Assembly: GCA_021850705.1 (NCBI GenBank) | Contig: JAJZKU010000004.1 | Location: 1-60,256 of the forward strand | Source of the DNA: Candidatus Micrarchaeota archaeon | GTDB lineage: Archaea > Micrarchaeota > Micrarchaeia > Micrarchaeales > CABMGC01 | Direction: 5' to 3' | DNA: 60,256 bases | In this document: piece by piece, positions 19,505 through 28,629 of the stretch | Numbering within the stretch: position 1 is the stretch's first letter | How the letters are laid out: the number at the start of each line of letters is the position of its first letter | Notes under the pieces: generated by a model | Told to the model about the DNA's origin: nothing | Databases searched by the model: none | What the model saw: only the letters and a program-made list of their open reading frames with translations | Program-made: the position numbers and the translations under genes

Positions 19505-22018
19505 TCACTTATTCGCTTTCAGGAACTTTATGTTTGCCTCGATCCTTTCCAGAGTGTCATTCAGTGCCGGCACCGTATCCTTCCTGTAATTATCTTTCTT
19601 TGCAAAGAAGGCTTTCATCTCCTTCATTGTAGCAGCATCAGAGACTACCCTTAGGTTTTCAACATACTTGCGGACCATATGGTCTCCTACCTCGAATCTT
19701 CTGATAACGCTCTTCCAGTTCTTCTTCGTCCAGCTCCATATGAGCGTCTTTCCGACCTGGTTCTCAGAGACGCAGCGCGATATAACATACCTGTCCTGGT
19801 CACGGACATTCTCACTCATGCTGAAGGCCAGCGCATCCATGATTATCTTCTTGTCCTTGAAGATTCCTAAACAGTCCATGTACTCGCTCTTAATTGCGGG
19901 ATCCCTTTCCTTCATGTAGCTTCTCCTGAACCATTCATAGAGCTTTACTGACCCATTCCTTGCAGCTATGCCAAAAACGCTGCTTCTTATTCCAGGGTCT
20001 ATGCTAACTCCTTTGGTCTGGAAATCAGAGAAGATCTTTGTTGCTTTTGCCACAGTCTCCCTGTCGCCTGCATATCCGGCTACGCTTATAGCTGCGCTCC
20101 TCATGATCGTATCTATACTGCTCTCATTCTTTCTTGACTTCCATCCCAGCTTCCTCAAATGATACTTGGAATAGTCTATGCAGATGCTCTCTATTCTCTT
20201 CCTGAGCGCATGCCCTTCAGGGAGCATATCATGCATGAAGAGCATATCTGCCATCATCGAGTTTGCCATCGGGTATTCGCATCCGTCCCTGAATAAATCT
20301 GCGAAGTTCAGGTAATCCCCGACCTTTATGTCCCCTGCCTTTGCAAGCGCAAAGAGGTCGTTTGCCATGCCCCATCCGTCTTCCCAGCCAAGCCTTCCCT
20401 CTTTTACAAGAGTGCCGAGCTTCATCAGCTCCATCTTCTCATAGAAGACCCTGTACAGTCCTCTCTGCCCGTAGTTGAGCTTTATCCAGCCATTCGTGCC
20501 TCTGATCCTCCCTCTCTTCCTGTCAAAGAGCGTCATCATGCTCTTTCCGGATCCTGTGGCATATATTATTGGTATGGGCCATACGGTCTTGTCATTGTTC
20601 TTGAGCGTGCCAAGTATGAACCTTGACTGCTCCATGCTGAAATCGCTGCCTACCTTTACATAAGGATAACCCTTCTGCGTTATCCATGCATTTGCGACTC
20701 TCTTTACCTGCAGCTTCCTTCCTGCAACAGAGTCTATCGCATTCCAAAGGTCATCCCTTACGGAATTTGAGTACATATGCTTTCTCAGATATCTCTGCAG
20801 ACCCTTTCTGAACTTCTCCTTGCCCGTATAATCTTCTACCATTCCAAGTATGCTCCCTCCCTTCCTATAGCTTATATTGTCAAACGCCCTGTCCATATCC
20901 GTCGGATCTTTTACCTCAGCTTCAACAGGGTGGGTGCTCTTTATGCCGTCGGATTCAAGTCCTACATTAACGGTGTCTAGCAGGAACTCCTTGTCCATGT
21001 GGAATTCAGGAAAGACCTCTGCCGTAGCCTTATACGCCATGAATTCCGCAAAGCTCTCATTCAGCCATATGTCGTTCCACCACTTCATCGTGACAAGGTC
21101 GCCGAACCACTGGTGCGCAAGCTCGTGCGCTATCACCATAGCGGTATACTGCTTGTCTGGCGTCGGGCTGTCCTCCTTTACTAAGAGTGTGTGCTCCCTG
21201 AAGGTTATCGCCCCCCAGTTCTCCATTGCAGATGCTGAGAAGTCAGGCACGGCTATGATATCAAGCTTTGGAAGCGGGTACCTTATCCCAAAATACTTCT
21301 CATAAAAAGCGAGCAGCTTTATCGTATACTCCATGGGCAGCTTGAGATACTCCTTGTGCGCAGGGGTCGCGTGCGAGCTTACCGTAACATTCCTGTACTT
21401 TCCGCTCATCGATACATGCTTTAGCACTCCGATGTACAGCAGATATGTTGACATTATAGGGGTTCTCATGAATACAGAGCTCTTCCTTCCGTTCCTTACT
21501 GTCGTGCTCTTTGCAGGCATGTTTGAGATGAGATTGTAATCCTTGTCAGCGCTGAGCGTCAGTTCAAATGCTGCCTTTAGCTCAGGCTCGTCAAAGCACG
21601 GGAACGCCTGCCTTGCATAAAGCGCCTCGAACTGTGTAGTCAGTATATTTACCGCTTTTCCATTCTCCTTGTAGCTGCTCCTGTAGAGCCCTGCCATCTT
21701 CTCCCCGGCTTTGCCCTCAAACCTTATGCATATCTCTACCTTCCCTATCACCTTCCTATCGAGCAAAAGGGTAAGCCTTTGCTTCTTATCGTCAGTTACT
21801 GGTTTTGCAGCTATCCTTGAATTCCTGCTTACCACATATGCTTCCTTTATCTTCAGCATATACGAATTCATCACTATCCTGTCGCTGCTCTCAGTAACCT
21901 TTGCATATATCGATTCGCTTCCGGAGAAGGTGCATCTCTTCATGTCCGCGTCTATGCTCAGCTTATACAGTTCAGGTACGACTCTCCTTCCAAGCCTGTA
22001 ATCCTCGCTCTTGTCCAT
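19505..22018 (-). CDS. M1 family aminopeptidase (PepN / tricorn-interacting factor-like)
   Basis: TQFE, FPCFDEP, SAMENWG, HELAHQWFG...LNESFA (HExxH-x18-E), ISYRKG. Confidence 0.93.
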   Translation of the reverse strand: MDKSEDYRLGRRVVPELYKLSIDADMKRCTFSGSESIYAKVTESSDRIVMNSYMLKIKEAYVVSRNSRIAAKPVTDDKKQRLTLLLDRKVIGKVEICIRFEGKAGEKMAGLYRSSYKENGKAVNILTTQFEALYARQAFPCFDEPELKAAFELTLSADKDYNLISNMPAKSTTVRNGRKSSVFMRTPIMSTYLLYIGVLKHVSMSGKYRNVTVSSHATPAHKEYLKLPMEYTIKLLAFYEKYFGIRYPLPKLDIIAVPDFSASAMENWGAITFREHTLLVKEDSPTPDKQYTAMVIAHELAHQWFGDLVTMKWWNDIWLNESFAEFMAYKATAEVFPEFHMDKEFLLDTVNVGLESDGIKSTHPVEAEVKDPTDMDRAFDNISYRKGGSILGMVEDYTGKEKFRKGLQRYLRKHMYSNSVRDDLWNAIDSVAGRKLQVKRVANAWITQKGYPYVKVGSDFSMEQSRFILGTLKNNDKTVWPIPIIYATGSGKSMMTLFDRKRGRIRGTNGWIKLNYGQRGLYRVFYEKMELMKLGTLVKEGRLGWEDGWGMANDLFALAKAGDIKVGDYLNFADLFRDGCEYPMANSMMADMLFMHDMLPEGHALRKRIESICIDYSKYHLRKLGWKSRKNESSIDTIMRSAAISVAGYAGDRETVAKATKIFSDFQTKGVSIDPGIRSSVFGIAARNGSVKLYEWFRRSYMKERDPAIKSEYMDCLGIFKDKKIIMDALAFSMSENVRDQDRYVISRCVSENQVGKTLIWSWTKKNWKSVIRRFEVGDHMVRKYVENLRVVSDAATMKEMKAFFAKKDNYRKDTVPALNDTLERIEANIKFLKANK

Positions 22019-22030
22019 GCCAAACCCTGT

Positions 22031-22486
22031 CTATTCCAAAGAGGACAAGGCCTCAAGTATCTCGTCTTCATGGCCCTTTGGATTTACCTTCTCGAAAACC
22101 TTCGCTATCTTTCCCTTCTTGTCTATTATGTACGTATTCCTCAGCGTTCCCATCCCGAAGATCCCCCTGTCTCCATAGGCGCCGTATGCCTTTATCGTCT
22201 TTGACTCAGGATCAGAGAGCAGCAGGAATTCAAGCCCGTACTTGCTGCAGAACTTGTCATGCGACTTAAGATCATCCTTGCTCACCCCGACTATCTCTGC
22301 ACCCTTCTTCCTTATCTCCTCGAGCTTCTTGTTGAAGCCCTTTGCCTCTATAGTGCATCCCGGAGTGTCATCCTTAGGATAGAAGTACAGTACAAGATAT
22401 CTGCCCTTGAACTCGCTAAGCGTGTGTTCCTTTCCGTCAGATCCCTTTAGCCTGAAATCAGGCGCCTTTGAATTAACCTCAACCAT
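22031..22486 (-). CDS. bcp: Peroxiredoxin Bcp/PrxQ
   Basis: YFYPKDDTPGCTIEA, second Cys in HDKFC. Confidence 0.92.
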   Translation of the reverse strand: MVEVNSKAPDFRLKGSDGKEHTLSEFKGRYLVLYFYPKDDTPGCTIEAKGFNKKLEEIRKKGAEIVGVSKDDLKSHDKFCSKYGLEFLLLSDPESKTIKAYGAYGDRGIFGMGTLRNTYIIDKKGKIAKVFEKVNPKGHEDEILEALSSLE

Positions 22487-22594
22487 ATTATCATATAAGA
22501 GTTAAGCAATAGATTATAAATTCGTTCTGTACATTTCTGATTACATATTCTCAACATGCTCCTTATCGGATCATGCAGCAGTCTGGTAGATATT

Positions 22595-23269
22595 ATGCAA
22601 ATAAGAATTCCATTCATTCAAAAGAAGAAGGGCTACAAGGTTACAATCACAAGCATCAGCCTAAGGTTCATGGGAGCAGTTCATGGAATACCTGGCATAA
22701 CCTCTGAGAAGCAGGTCTTCTATGTAAACATACCCTTCCAGAACAAGATGGGTTCAAACCTGCTGCCTGATGACCTTAAGGGACCGAGCATGAAGATAAA
22801 GGATATCAAGGTGGGCATGCCCTTCAAGCTTCTTGAAGTCAGCCCGCAGCTTCCTGCTGAGATACCATTCATGACAAAGACCGTATTCAGGCTTAAGGTG
22901 GAGGGTCCTGCTGTCAACTATGAAGGGCCGATGAGCATAACGATGAACGATGAGCCTGCGGAGAACATAGGCCTCAACATAAGGGCCATAGCGTTATCAA
23001 AGGGAGAGCAGAGGGTTGAGCTGCAGAATTCCTCAATGCGCCTCTCGCTGCAGAAGGGGCAGATCTTCAAGACAGAGCTGCAGATGTACAACGTCCTGAA
23101 GTACAATGACAAGATATCAAAGGTAAGGGTAGCACCTCCGTTTACAGTAGAGTCTACGGATCCTGCATTCCCGACAACTGTGGACAAGAAGGACAGCTAC
23201 GTGATGAAGATATACATAAGGGCTCCAGATTCAAACTACACCGGTGACTTAGATATAATTGTCGAATAG
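22595..23269 (+). CDS. Hypothetical protein with two tandem beta-rich domains
   Basis: Halves share a V..PF......P..P...L....P..NY.G...I pattern. Confidence 0.65.
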   Translation: MQIRIPFIQKKKGYKVTITSISLRFMGAVHGIPGITSEKQVFYVNIPFQNKMGSNLLPDDLKGPSMKIKDIKVGMPFKLLEVSPQLPAEIPFMTKTVFRLKVEGPAVNYEGPMSITMNDEPAENIGLNIRAIALSKGEQRVELQNSSMRLSLQKGQIFKTELQMYNVLKYNDKISKVRVAPPFTVESTDPAFPTTVDKKDSYVMKIYIRAPDSNYTGDLDIIVE

Positions 23270-23340
23270 AAGGAAGCTGCCCGGTGCAGCTGCACTAATG
23301 CTCCATATCAGAATAAATTAGTCAATTTATTATAACTAAT

Positions 23341-23886
23341 TTATCTCAAAAACATGAGCCAGTATAGCAGTCCATCCCTTGTTGTCAGATCAAATATCTT
23401 TCCGCTCTTAAGCCTCTTTTCTATCTCATCAGCCTTGAACTGTACGGTCTCCATCAGCTCATCCTCATCAAGCTTCTTCTTGCTTTTAGTCAGTCCATTT
23501 GCAACTAAAACACTGTTTCCTGCATCAGAGGACCACGGAGTTATCGCACCGGTATAGAGAAACTTAACGCTCTTTGCAGTATAACCTATCTCCTCCTCCG
23601 TCTCTCTCCGCGCCGCCTTCACTATGCTCTCCCCTTTCTCAACGTGCCCTCCAGGCAGTTCATATATGAAACCGCTCCTGCTGAAACCTGAGCCTCGCAT
23701 TGCAGGCCTGTACTGCCTTACCAGCAGAACGGTATCCTTATCGAGCAGCGGCAGTACGGTGACTGTATACGGCCCTTTAATTCTCCTGAACTGCTTCTCT
23801 ATCAGCCTGCCCTCTACTCTGTCAACCACCTTTACGTACTCCTCCTTCCTGTAAACCTTCTTCTCAGAAAGCCTCTTGCTGTCCAT
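23341..23886 (-). CDS. Nudix hydrolase, ADP-ribose pyrophosphatase-like
   Basis: LVRQYRP, YELPGGHVEKGE, AARRETEEEIGY, LDEDE. Confidence 0.85.
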   Translation of the reverse strand: MDSKRLSEKKVYRKEEYVKVVDRVEGRLIEKQFRRIKGPYTVTVLPLLDKDTVLLVRQYRPAMRGSGFSRSGFIYELPGGHVEKGESIVKAARRETEEEIGYTAKSVKFLYTGAITPWSSDAGNSVLVANGLTKSKKKLDEDELMETVQFKADEIEKRLKSGKIFDLTTRDGLLYWLMFLR

Positions 23887-23992
23887 GCATTATAATCGAA
23901 ACCAAAATTATTAACCGCTATGCTGTCTACGTCAAACGTGGATAATATTTGCCTAATCCAGTGTAATCAATAATCCTGCCCACTAAAAAAGT

Positions 23993-24634
23993 TCACATCT
24001 TAAAGTATTCAGGATATTTTCGTATGAGTTGTTTTGCCGTCTGCTTATGAAAATCAAACAACTCCTGTTTCTTATTCAAAGCGTCAATTGCCTTCTGATA
24101 AATTCCGAGATCATCCATATATTTTATGTCTAATCTCTTGCACAATCCAAATATCTTACTGTTTGCAGATTCCATTTCCTTCTTATTTTTTACAATTACC
24201 TCTACTTCAAAATAATTTCCAAAATGTTTTATGTAGCCCAATTCAAATTGGATATTATTATACCTATAAATGTATTTTTTCTGCGCCTGTACGTAAGCTT
24301 TATGGAAGCCCAGGACTTTTAAAAAATCTACTGCTTCATCAAACTGATCATTTAGCATCTTAAAGGATATCTCTTTCCTTCCTCCTCCAACTTCTTCTTC
24401 AAATGAGCCATATTTTAACACAATCTCCATCTCTCCATTATCGAGTCTTACGCGTACATCTATATCATCATACTTTTGATTTGGACTCTCCTTAATTGCC
24501 TTTGGGCAGAGATAAATCAAGGATAATCTATCCATTTTTCTAATAAACTTCCCATTTTTATCCATAAATTTCTTAAGACGGCTGAACTCTCTAGTACTCA
24601 GTCTGCCTCTATACTCAACTTCAATATTTGGCAT
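23993..24634 (-). CDS. CYTH domain protein (triphosphate tunnel fold)
   Basis: IEVEYR (ExE), DVRVR, VLKYG, RKEI, LGF, YFEVE; start ATG 24634. Confidence 0.8.
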   Translation of the reverse strand: MPNIEVEYRGRLSTREFSRLKKFMDKNGKFIRKMDRLSLIYLCPKAIKESPNQKYDDIDVRVRLDNGEMEIVLKYGSFEEEVGGGRKEISFKMLNDQFDEAVDFLKVLGFHKAYVQAQKKYIYRYNNIQFELGYIKHFGNYFEVEVIVKNKKEMESANSKIFGLCKRLDIKYMDDLGIYQKAIDALNKKQELFDFHKQTAKQLIRKYPEYFKM

Positions 24635-24738
24635 ATGATCATACTTTGCTGGTTTTGAGGATCTCTCTATCTGTACAAAAGATATTACCATATCATGTGG
24701 TGATCAAACTCTATTGCTGCAGCCATTTTACCCCATTC

Positions 24739-25398
24739 TTATTTATCCAGACTATATATTATTTCATTTATCCTGCGGAAATCCGATGCTTGATGACCAA
24801 GTTTATCCCCATTATACGAAATTACATGCATCCCCAAGGCCATCGCTCCTTCAAGTTCATCAAGGTCATGGCCTACAAAGACGGTCTCTGCAGGACCAAC
24901 ATTAAACGCATTCATCACTGTTTCATAAGCTTCCCTGTCAGGCTTTTTATGACCTATCTCACATGATACAAATGCCCTGTCAAATATTCCTCCCAATCCA
25001 ATAATGCCCATTATGAGCTCTCTTATGGAAGCAGGATGCCCACTATCAGACAGCACTGCCAGCCTGTAGCCCTTCATTTTAAGGTCTTTCAAATATTTTC
25101 CCTCATCCTTTTCCATAAGCCTTGCATAATTAAATGACTCCCTGTCAAACGCTTCATACTCTCCAATCAGCTCTGGCCGAATGCCTATTCTGGATATATA
25201 CTCCTTATGTGCCTGTAACATGGTTATCTTACCAACCATAACTGCCTCGCCAAATTCCTTCCATATACTGCCAAGCTCCTGCGGGTCAGTCTTGCTGTTC
25301 TTCTTTACAAATTCAGTAAGTTTCATACTGAAATACTTCATCTGTTCTTCAGCGCTGTAAAGCACATGCTCTGCATCAAAGATAACAAGCTTTATCAT
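24739..25398 (-). CDS. HAD-family hydrolase
   Basis: VIFDAEHV, AVLSD, KKPD, FVGHDLDELEGA. Confidence 0.85.
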   Translation of the reverse strand: MIKLVIFDAEHVLYSAEEQMKYFSMKLTEFVKKNSKTDPQELGSIWKEFGEAVMVGKITMLQAHKEYISRIGIRPELIGEYEAFDRESFNYARLMEKDEGKYLKDLKMKGYRLAVLSDSGHPASIRELIMGIIGLGGIFDRAFVSCEIGHKKPDREAYETVMNAFNVGPAETVFVGHDLDELEGAMALGMHVISYNGDKLGHQASDFRRINEIIYSLDK

Positions 25399-25512
25399 AA
25401 AAATCCCCAATTATTATGTTAAGCCATACAAATAACTTATACTTATTCTTTATTATAATCCTTTGCTTATAAGTAACTTATAATTAATATCAATGAGTCT
25501 TTCCAAGTCATA

Positions 25513-26016
25513 CTACTCGGAAAATTTGTCCAGATTACGAACAATTTCATCAACAATCTGAAGAGCATTTCTCCCGGCAGTATCTATATTTATCCCGTAA
25601 TCAAATTCTGATACCAGTTCAAAAACGTCTTTTGTAGCCTGTTCTCCCAGTCCATCATTTCTAGATTTATCCCTTTCTATGCATGCCTTCAGGTCTGCCT
25701 TTAATGTAAATACCATGTGGCTGAAATCCAACTTTGATATAATATCCTCTATCTGTTCCTTATGATAAAAATTACCATCTAGAATGAGATTGTTGCCACT
25801 TTCTAGCTTCTCCCTGAATTCAGGCAACATTATTTCATCTGCTTTCAGAAACTTCTGCAAGGGTATCCATTTATCTCCTGGCATATAATCCAATCCTAGC
25901 TTATCCATTATAATATCGAAATTAACTACATCAGCATTAATCTTTTCAGCTAGCAGTTTGCTTACTGTGCTCTTCCCTACTCCTGCAGGTCCTCTTATTA
26001 TCACATAGTAACTCAT
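25513..26016 (-). CDS. P-loop small-molecule kinase (AAA_33-like)
   Basis: IIRGPAGVGKST, LILDGNF, CIERDKSR. Confidence 0.8.
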   Translation of the reverse strand: MSYYVIIRGPAGVGKSTVSKLLAEKINADVVNFDIIMDKLGLDYMPGDKWIPLQKFLKADEIMLPEFREKLESGNNLILDGNFYHKEQIEDIISKLDFSHMVFTLKADLKACIERDKSRNDGLGEQATKDVFELVSEFDYGINIDTAGRNALQIVDEIVRNLDKFSE

Positions 26017-26219
26017 GCGAACCGCCCGAATCAGATCAAATATGACGTTCCTAATCCTTCTAAACTCTAATAATCAGAAGCGCTTATATCTTTCCAGTAA
26101 GACATATTTACATTACTAAAACTCCTTATTAATTCCTTATGCAGAGCTTCTCTCGCACGAATAACATGAACATTCCCAGAAATAGCAATTACTGAATTAT
26201 GCTTTTTATCAGTAAACAT

Positions 26220-26657
26220 TCATACTTTATGCCGTGCAGCTATATCTCTCCATTCAAGTATGTCCTTTTTATCATCCAGCATATTTTCTGGAAGTGCATA
26301 TATGTTAAACCATCTGTATTCATCTGACTCATCATTGAGCACTATTTTCGTATTAATATCAATAGAAGTTGCATAGAAATGCATCAGGTATTCGTTAGGT
26401 TCTGATTCTGGAACCTTTCGCACATATACTGGTACCAGATCCTCCTGCTTCAGGTCTACGCCTATCTCTTCTCTGGCTTCCCTTATGCATGCCTGAACAG
26501 GGGTCTCATCAGGTTCAACAGAACCTCCTATGTTACCCCATCCTCCTTTATCTTCCCATTCTTTGTTATGCCTGCGCTTAAGCATGAGTATCTTTAGGTA
26601 CTCGCTGTCAAATACGCAAACAAAAGCTCCTGACCACATATAATTACCAACATACAA
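26220..26657 (-). CDS. Nudix hydrolase
   Basis: WGNIGGSVEPDETPVQACIREAREEIG, LNDESDEYRWF. Confidence 0.85.
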   Translation of the reverse strand: MYVGNYMWSGAFVCVFDSEYLKILMLKRRHNKEWEDKGGWGNIGGSVEPDETPVQACIREAREEIGVDLKQEDLVPVYVRKVPESEPNEYLMHFYATSIDINTKIVLNDESDEYRWFNIYALPENMLDDKKDILEWRDIAARHKV

Positions 26658-26717
26658 ACCTTAGATAAGCCCTGTAATCAAATCCTTTGCCTATATTAAA
26701 TATAACCTTAATTCTTA

Positions 26718-27356
26718 TTACAAACCTTTGCCTATGAGCGACTTAGAATCCATATCCACGAGTCTTTCCCAATCTGTATTACCTCCTTCCTTTAATCTTT
26801 CCTTTATGATCAGGTAACCAAGCGCATAACCAGACCACAATGCAAACTCCTTATCATCTGGACTTATGAATAATCTATTGTAAAGGTCAACACTGTTATC
26901 ATCCAGCCTATCTGTTATCTTCTGCCAGACCTCTTTTGCCTGATCCATATTCAACGCTGTCGACCACGGTCTTACCTTGCCTGTTGCAGCTTCTTCAAAG
27001 CACTGTGCAAGGCCTTCAAATGCAATCCCTGCCCCTATGCCACTGCGTTCTCTTCCAGACATTCTCTGGAATCTTACAGCGTGGTTGTATTCATGGGCAA
27101 TTGTTTGGGCAACAAAATCTCTCCAAGAATGCGCTCCTGTATTTATACTTATGGATATTACAAAATCGTTTCTTGTGAATCCAAAGACACCATCCATCCT
27201 ATCTCTTATAAAAGTGTCCTCATTGGTTGACAGAATAACTGCAATATCATTTCTGCTAATAAGCAGCTTTTCTGACTTTGCCATGCCTTCCTTTACCAAG
27301 GAAACCGCATCCTCTAACTCCTTCTCATAAGTAACAAGTACCTTGAAATTACTCAT
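26718..27356 (-). CDS. Zn-dependent protease, DUF2268-like
   Basis: AHEYNH, EGLAQCFE, WSGYALGY; start probably ATG 27356. Confidence 0.8.
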   Translation of the reverse strand: MSNFKVLVTYEKELEDAVSLVKEGMAKSEKLLISRNDIAVILSTNEDTFIRDRMDGVFGFTRNDFVISISINTGAHSWRDFVAQTIAHEYNHAVRFQRMSGRERSGIGAGIAFEGLAQCFEEAATGKVRPWSTALNMDQAKEVWQKITDRLDDNSVDLYNRLFISPDDKEFALWSGYALGYLIIKERLKEGGNTDWERLVDMDSKSLIGKGL

Positions 27357-27369
27357 CTCTAGCTGTTCA

Positions 27370-27972
27370 AACCCTAATCTTCTTCCCTCATTGCCCATAA
27401 AACCGCGATTAACTATGTTTATTAATACCTAGAATCTGTTCAGGCATTATTTTTATATAAAAACTCACTTGCCTTTGTTACGGCCTCTTGTCCTCCCTGG
27501 AAATGCAGCAGTTCCTTGGCTCTTTCCAGATTAGCCCATTCATATGCCGTATGTTCATCAGAAAGGACAGGATCAGTATCGCATCTTGCCAGAAAGAGTA
27601 TAATCTTGCGGTGAACACCTTCTGGATTTATATACGTATTCTCATTGCGGAAACCTTCGACAGGCTTTAACTTCTCTATATCAATCTCCGTTTCCTCCTT
27701 AAGTTCGCGTATTGCAGTTGTGAGTTCATCTGTATCTTCCGGTTTGACATGCCCCTTCGGAAAGTCCCATACTCCATCAATAGCCTTTTTCATAACCAGA
27801 AAATTACCCTTACTGTTAACCAGAATAAATCCAATTGACGTGTCGTAGTTCTCCATTAATTCACTTATAATCATATTTTAATAACGAAGTTATGTAAATA
27901 CCATGTTTCTGGACTCATTTGGGCAATGTAGTGATAACCAGAGCATATCTAGATAACCCTAATCTTCTTCCC
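27370..27972. repeat. 18-bp direct repeat AACCCTAATCTTCTTCCC at 27370-27387 and 27955-27972
   Basis: Exact match read by eye; the two copies bracket the Nudix gene 27440-27874. Confidence 0.7.
27440..27874 (-). CDS. Nudix hydrolase, Ap4A hydrolase-like
   Basis: WDFPKGHV, TAIRELKEET, LSDEHTAYEW. Confidence 0.85.
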   Translation of the reverse strand: MIISELMENYDTSIGFILVNSKGNFLVMKKAIDGVWDFPKGHVKPEDTDELTTAIRELKEETEIDIEKLKPVEGFRNENTYINPEGVHRKIILFLARCDTDPVLSDEHTAYEWANLERAKELLHFQGGQEAVTKASEFLYKNNA

Positions 27973-28007
27973 ACACTATACTTATCTTATTAATATTAAT
28001 AAGCCAT

Positions 28008-28265
28008 TCATTTCCTATACCTGTAATAACTAACTGCAGTTCCGCAGCTTCCTGAAGAGACCTCAGATATGGACTTTGCAAGTTCCTTCTGCTCCTCCAA
28101 GGAGCCGATCCTTGCCCTTACTATGAAGCCATAGTCCCCTTCGGTAAGCAGTACCTCATCCACACTATCAAATCCTGCAAACCTCTTTGCTAGCTCGTCC
28201 GCGTTCGTATTCTCCTTTGGCCTCACAAAGAACAATCTGTGAAGCTTCGCTATTTTCTTTGCCAT
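28008..28265 (-). CDS. Small Lrp/AsnC ligand-binding (RAM)-like domain protein
   Basis: VDEVLLTEGDYGFIVR pattern; no HTH; GGTGG RBS. Confidence 0.6.
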   Translation of the reverse strand: MAKKIAKLHRLFFVRPKENTNADELAKRFAGFDSVDEVLLTEGDYGFIVRARIGSLEEQKELAKSISEVSSGSCGTAVSYYRYRK

Positions 28266-28322
28266 TTTAACCCACCAAGGTTAAGTGTAACTGCAGCTAA
28301 GCGTGATATATTGTAAAAAGAA

Positions 28323-28410
28323 GTAGATGAGATGGAGTTATGTAGGGTTGGGTTGGGAAAAAAGAATTCGACCATATAAATGGTTCATTCTTCGTATCCA
28401 TCTCATCCAC
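28323..28410 (-). promoter_or_regulatory. Long stem-loop in the leader of the 28008-28265 gene
   Basis: GTGGATGAGATGGA pairs with TCCATCTCATCTAC (one G-U); inner AAGAAT/ATTCTT and ACCAT/ATGGT stems. Confidence 0.55.
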
Positions 28411-28629
28411 CTGTCCATACATATGAATATCCTTTTATTTATTAATGAGCTCAATACGTGCCTGTATTGATAGATATTTCTAAATATAATCCTTATCTAT
28501 CCTATATTGGCTCTAACATCATAATGCTTGATATGTGCTTTACCCATATAATCCCCTGCTCCACTCACAAAACAATAAAAAAGTGCAACTTTAAATATCA
28601 GGCATTATACATATAATATTGGTGGAGTT

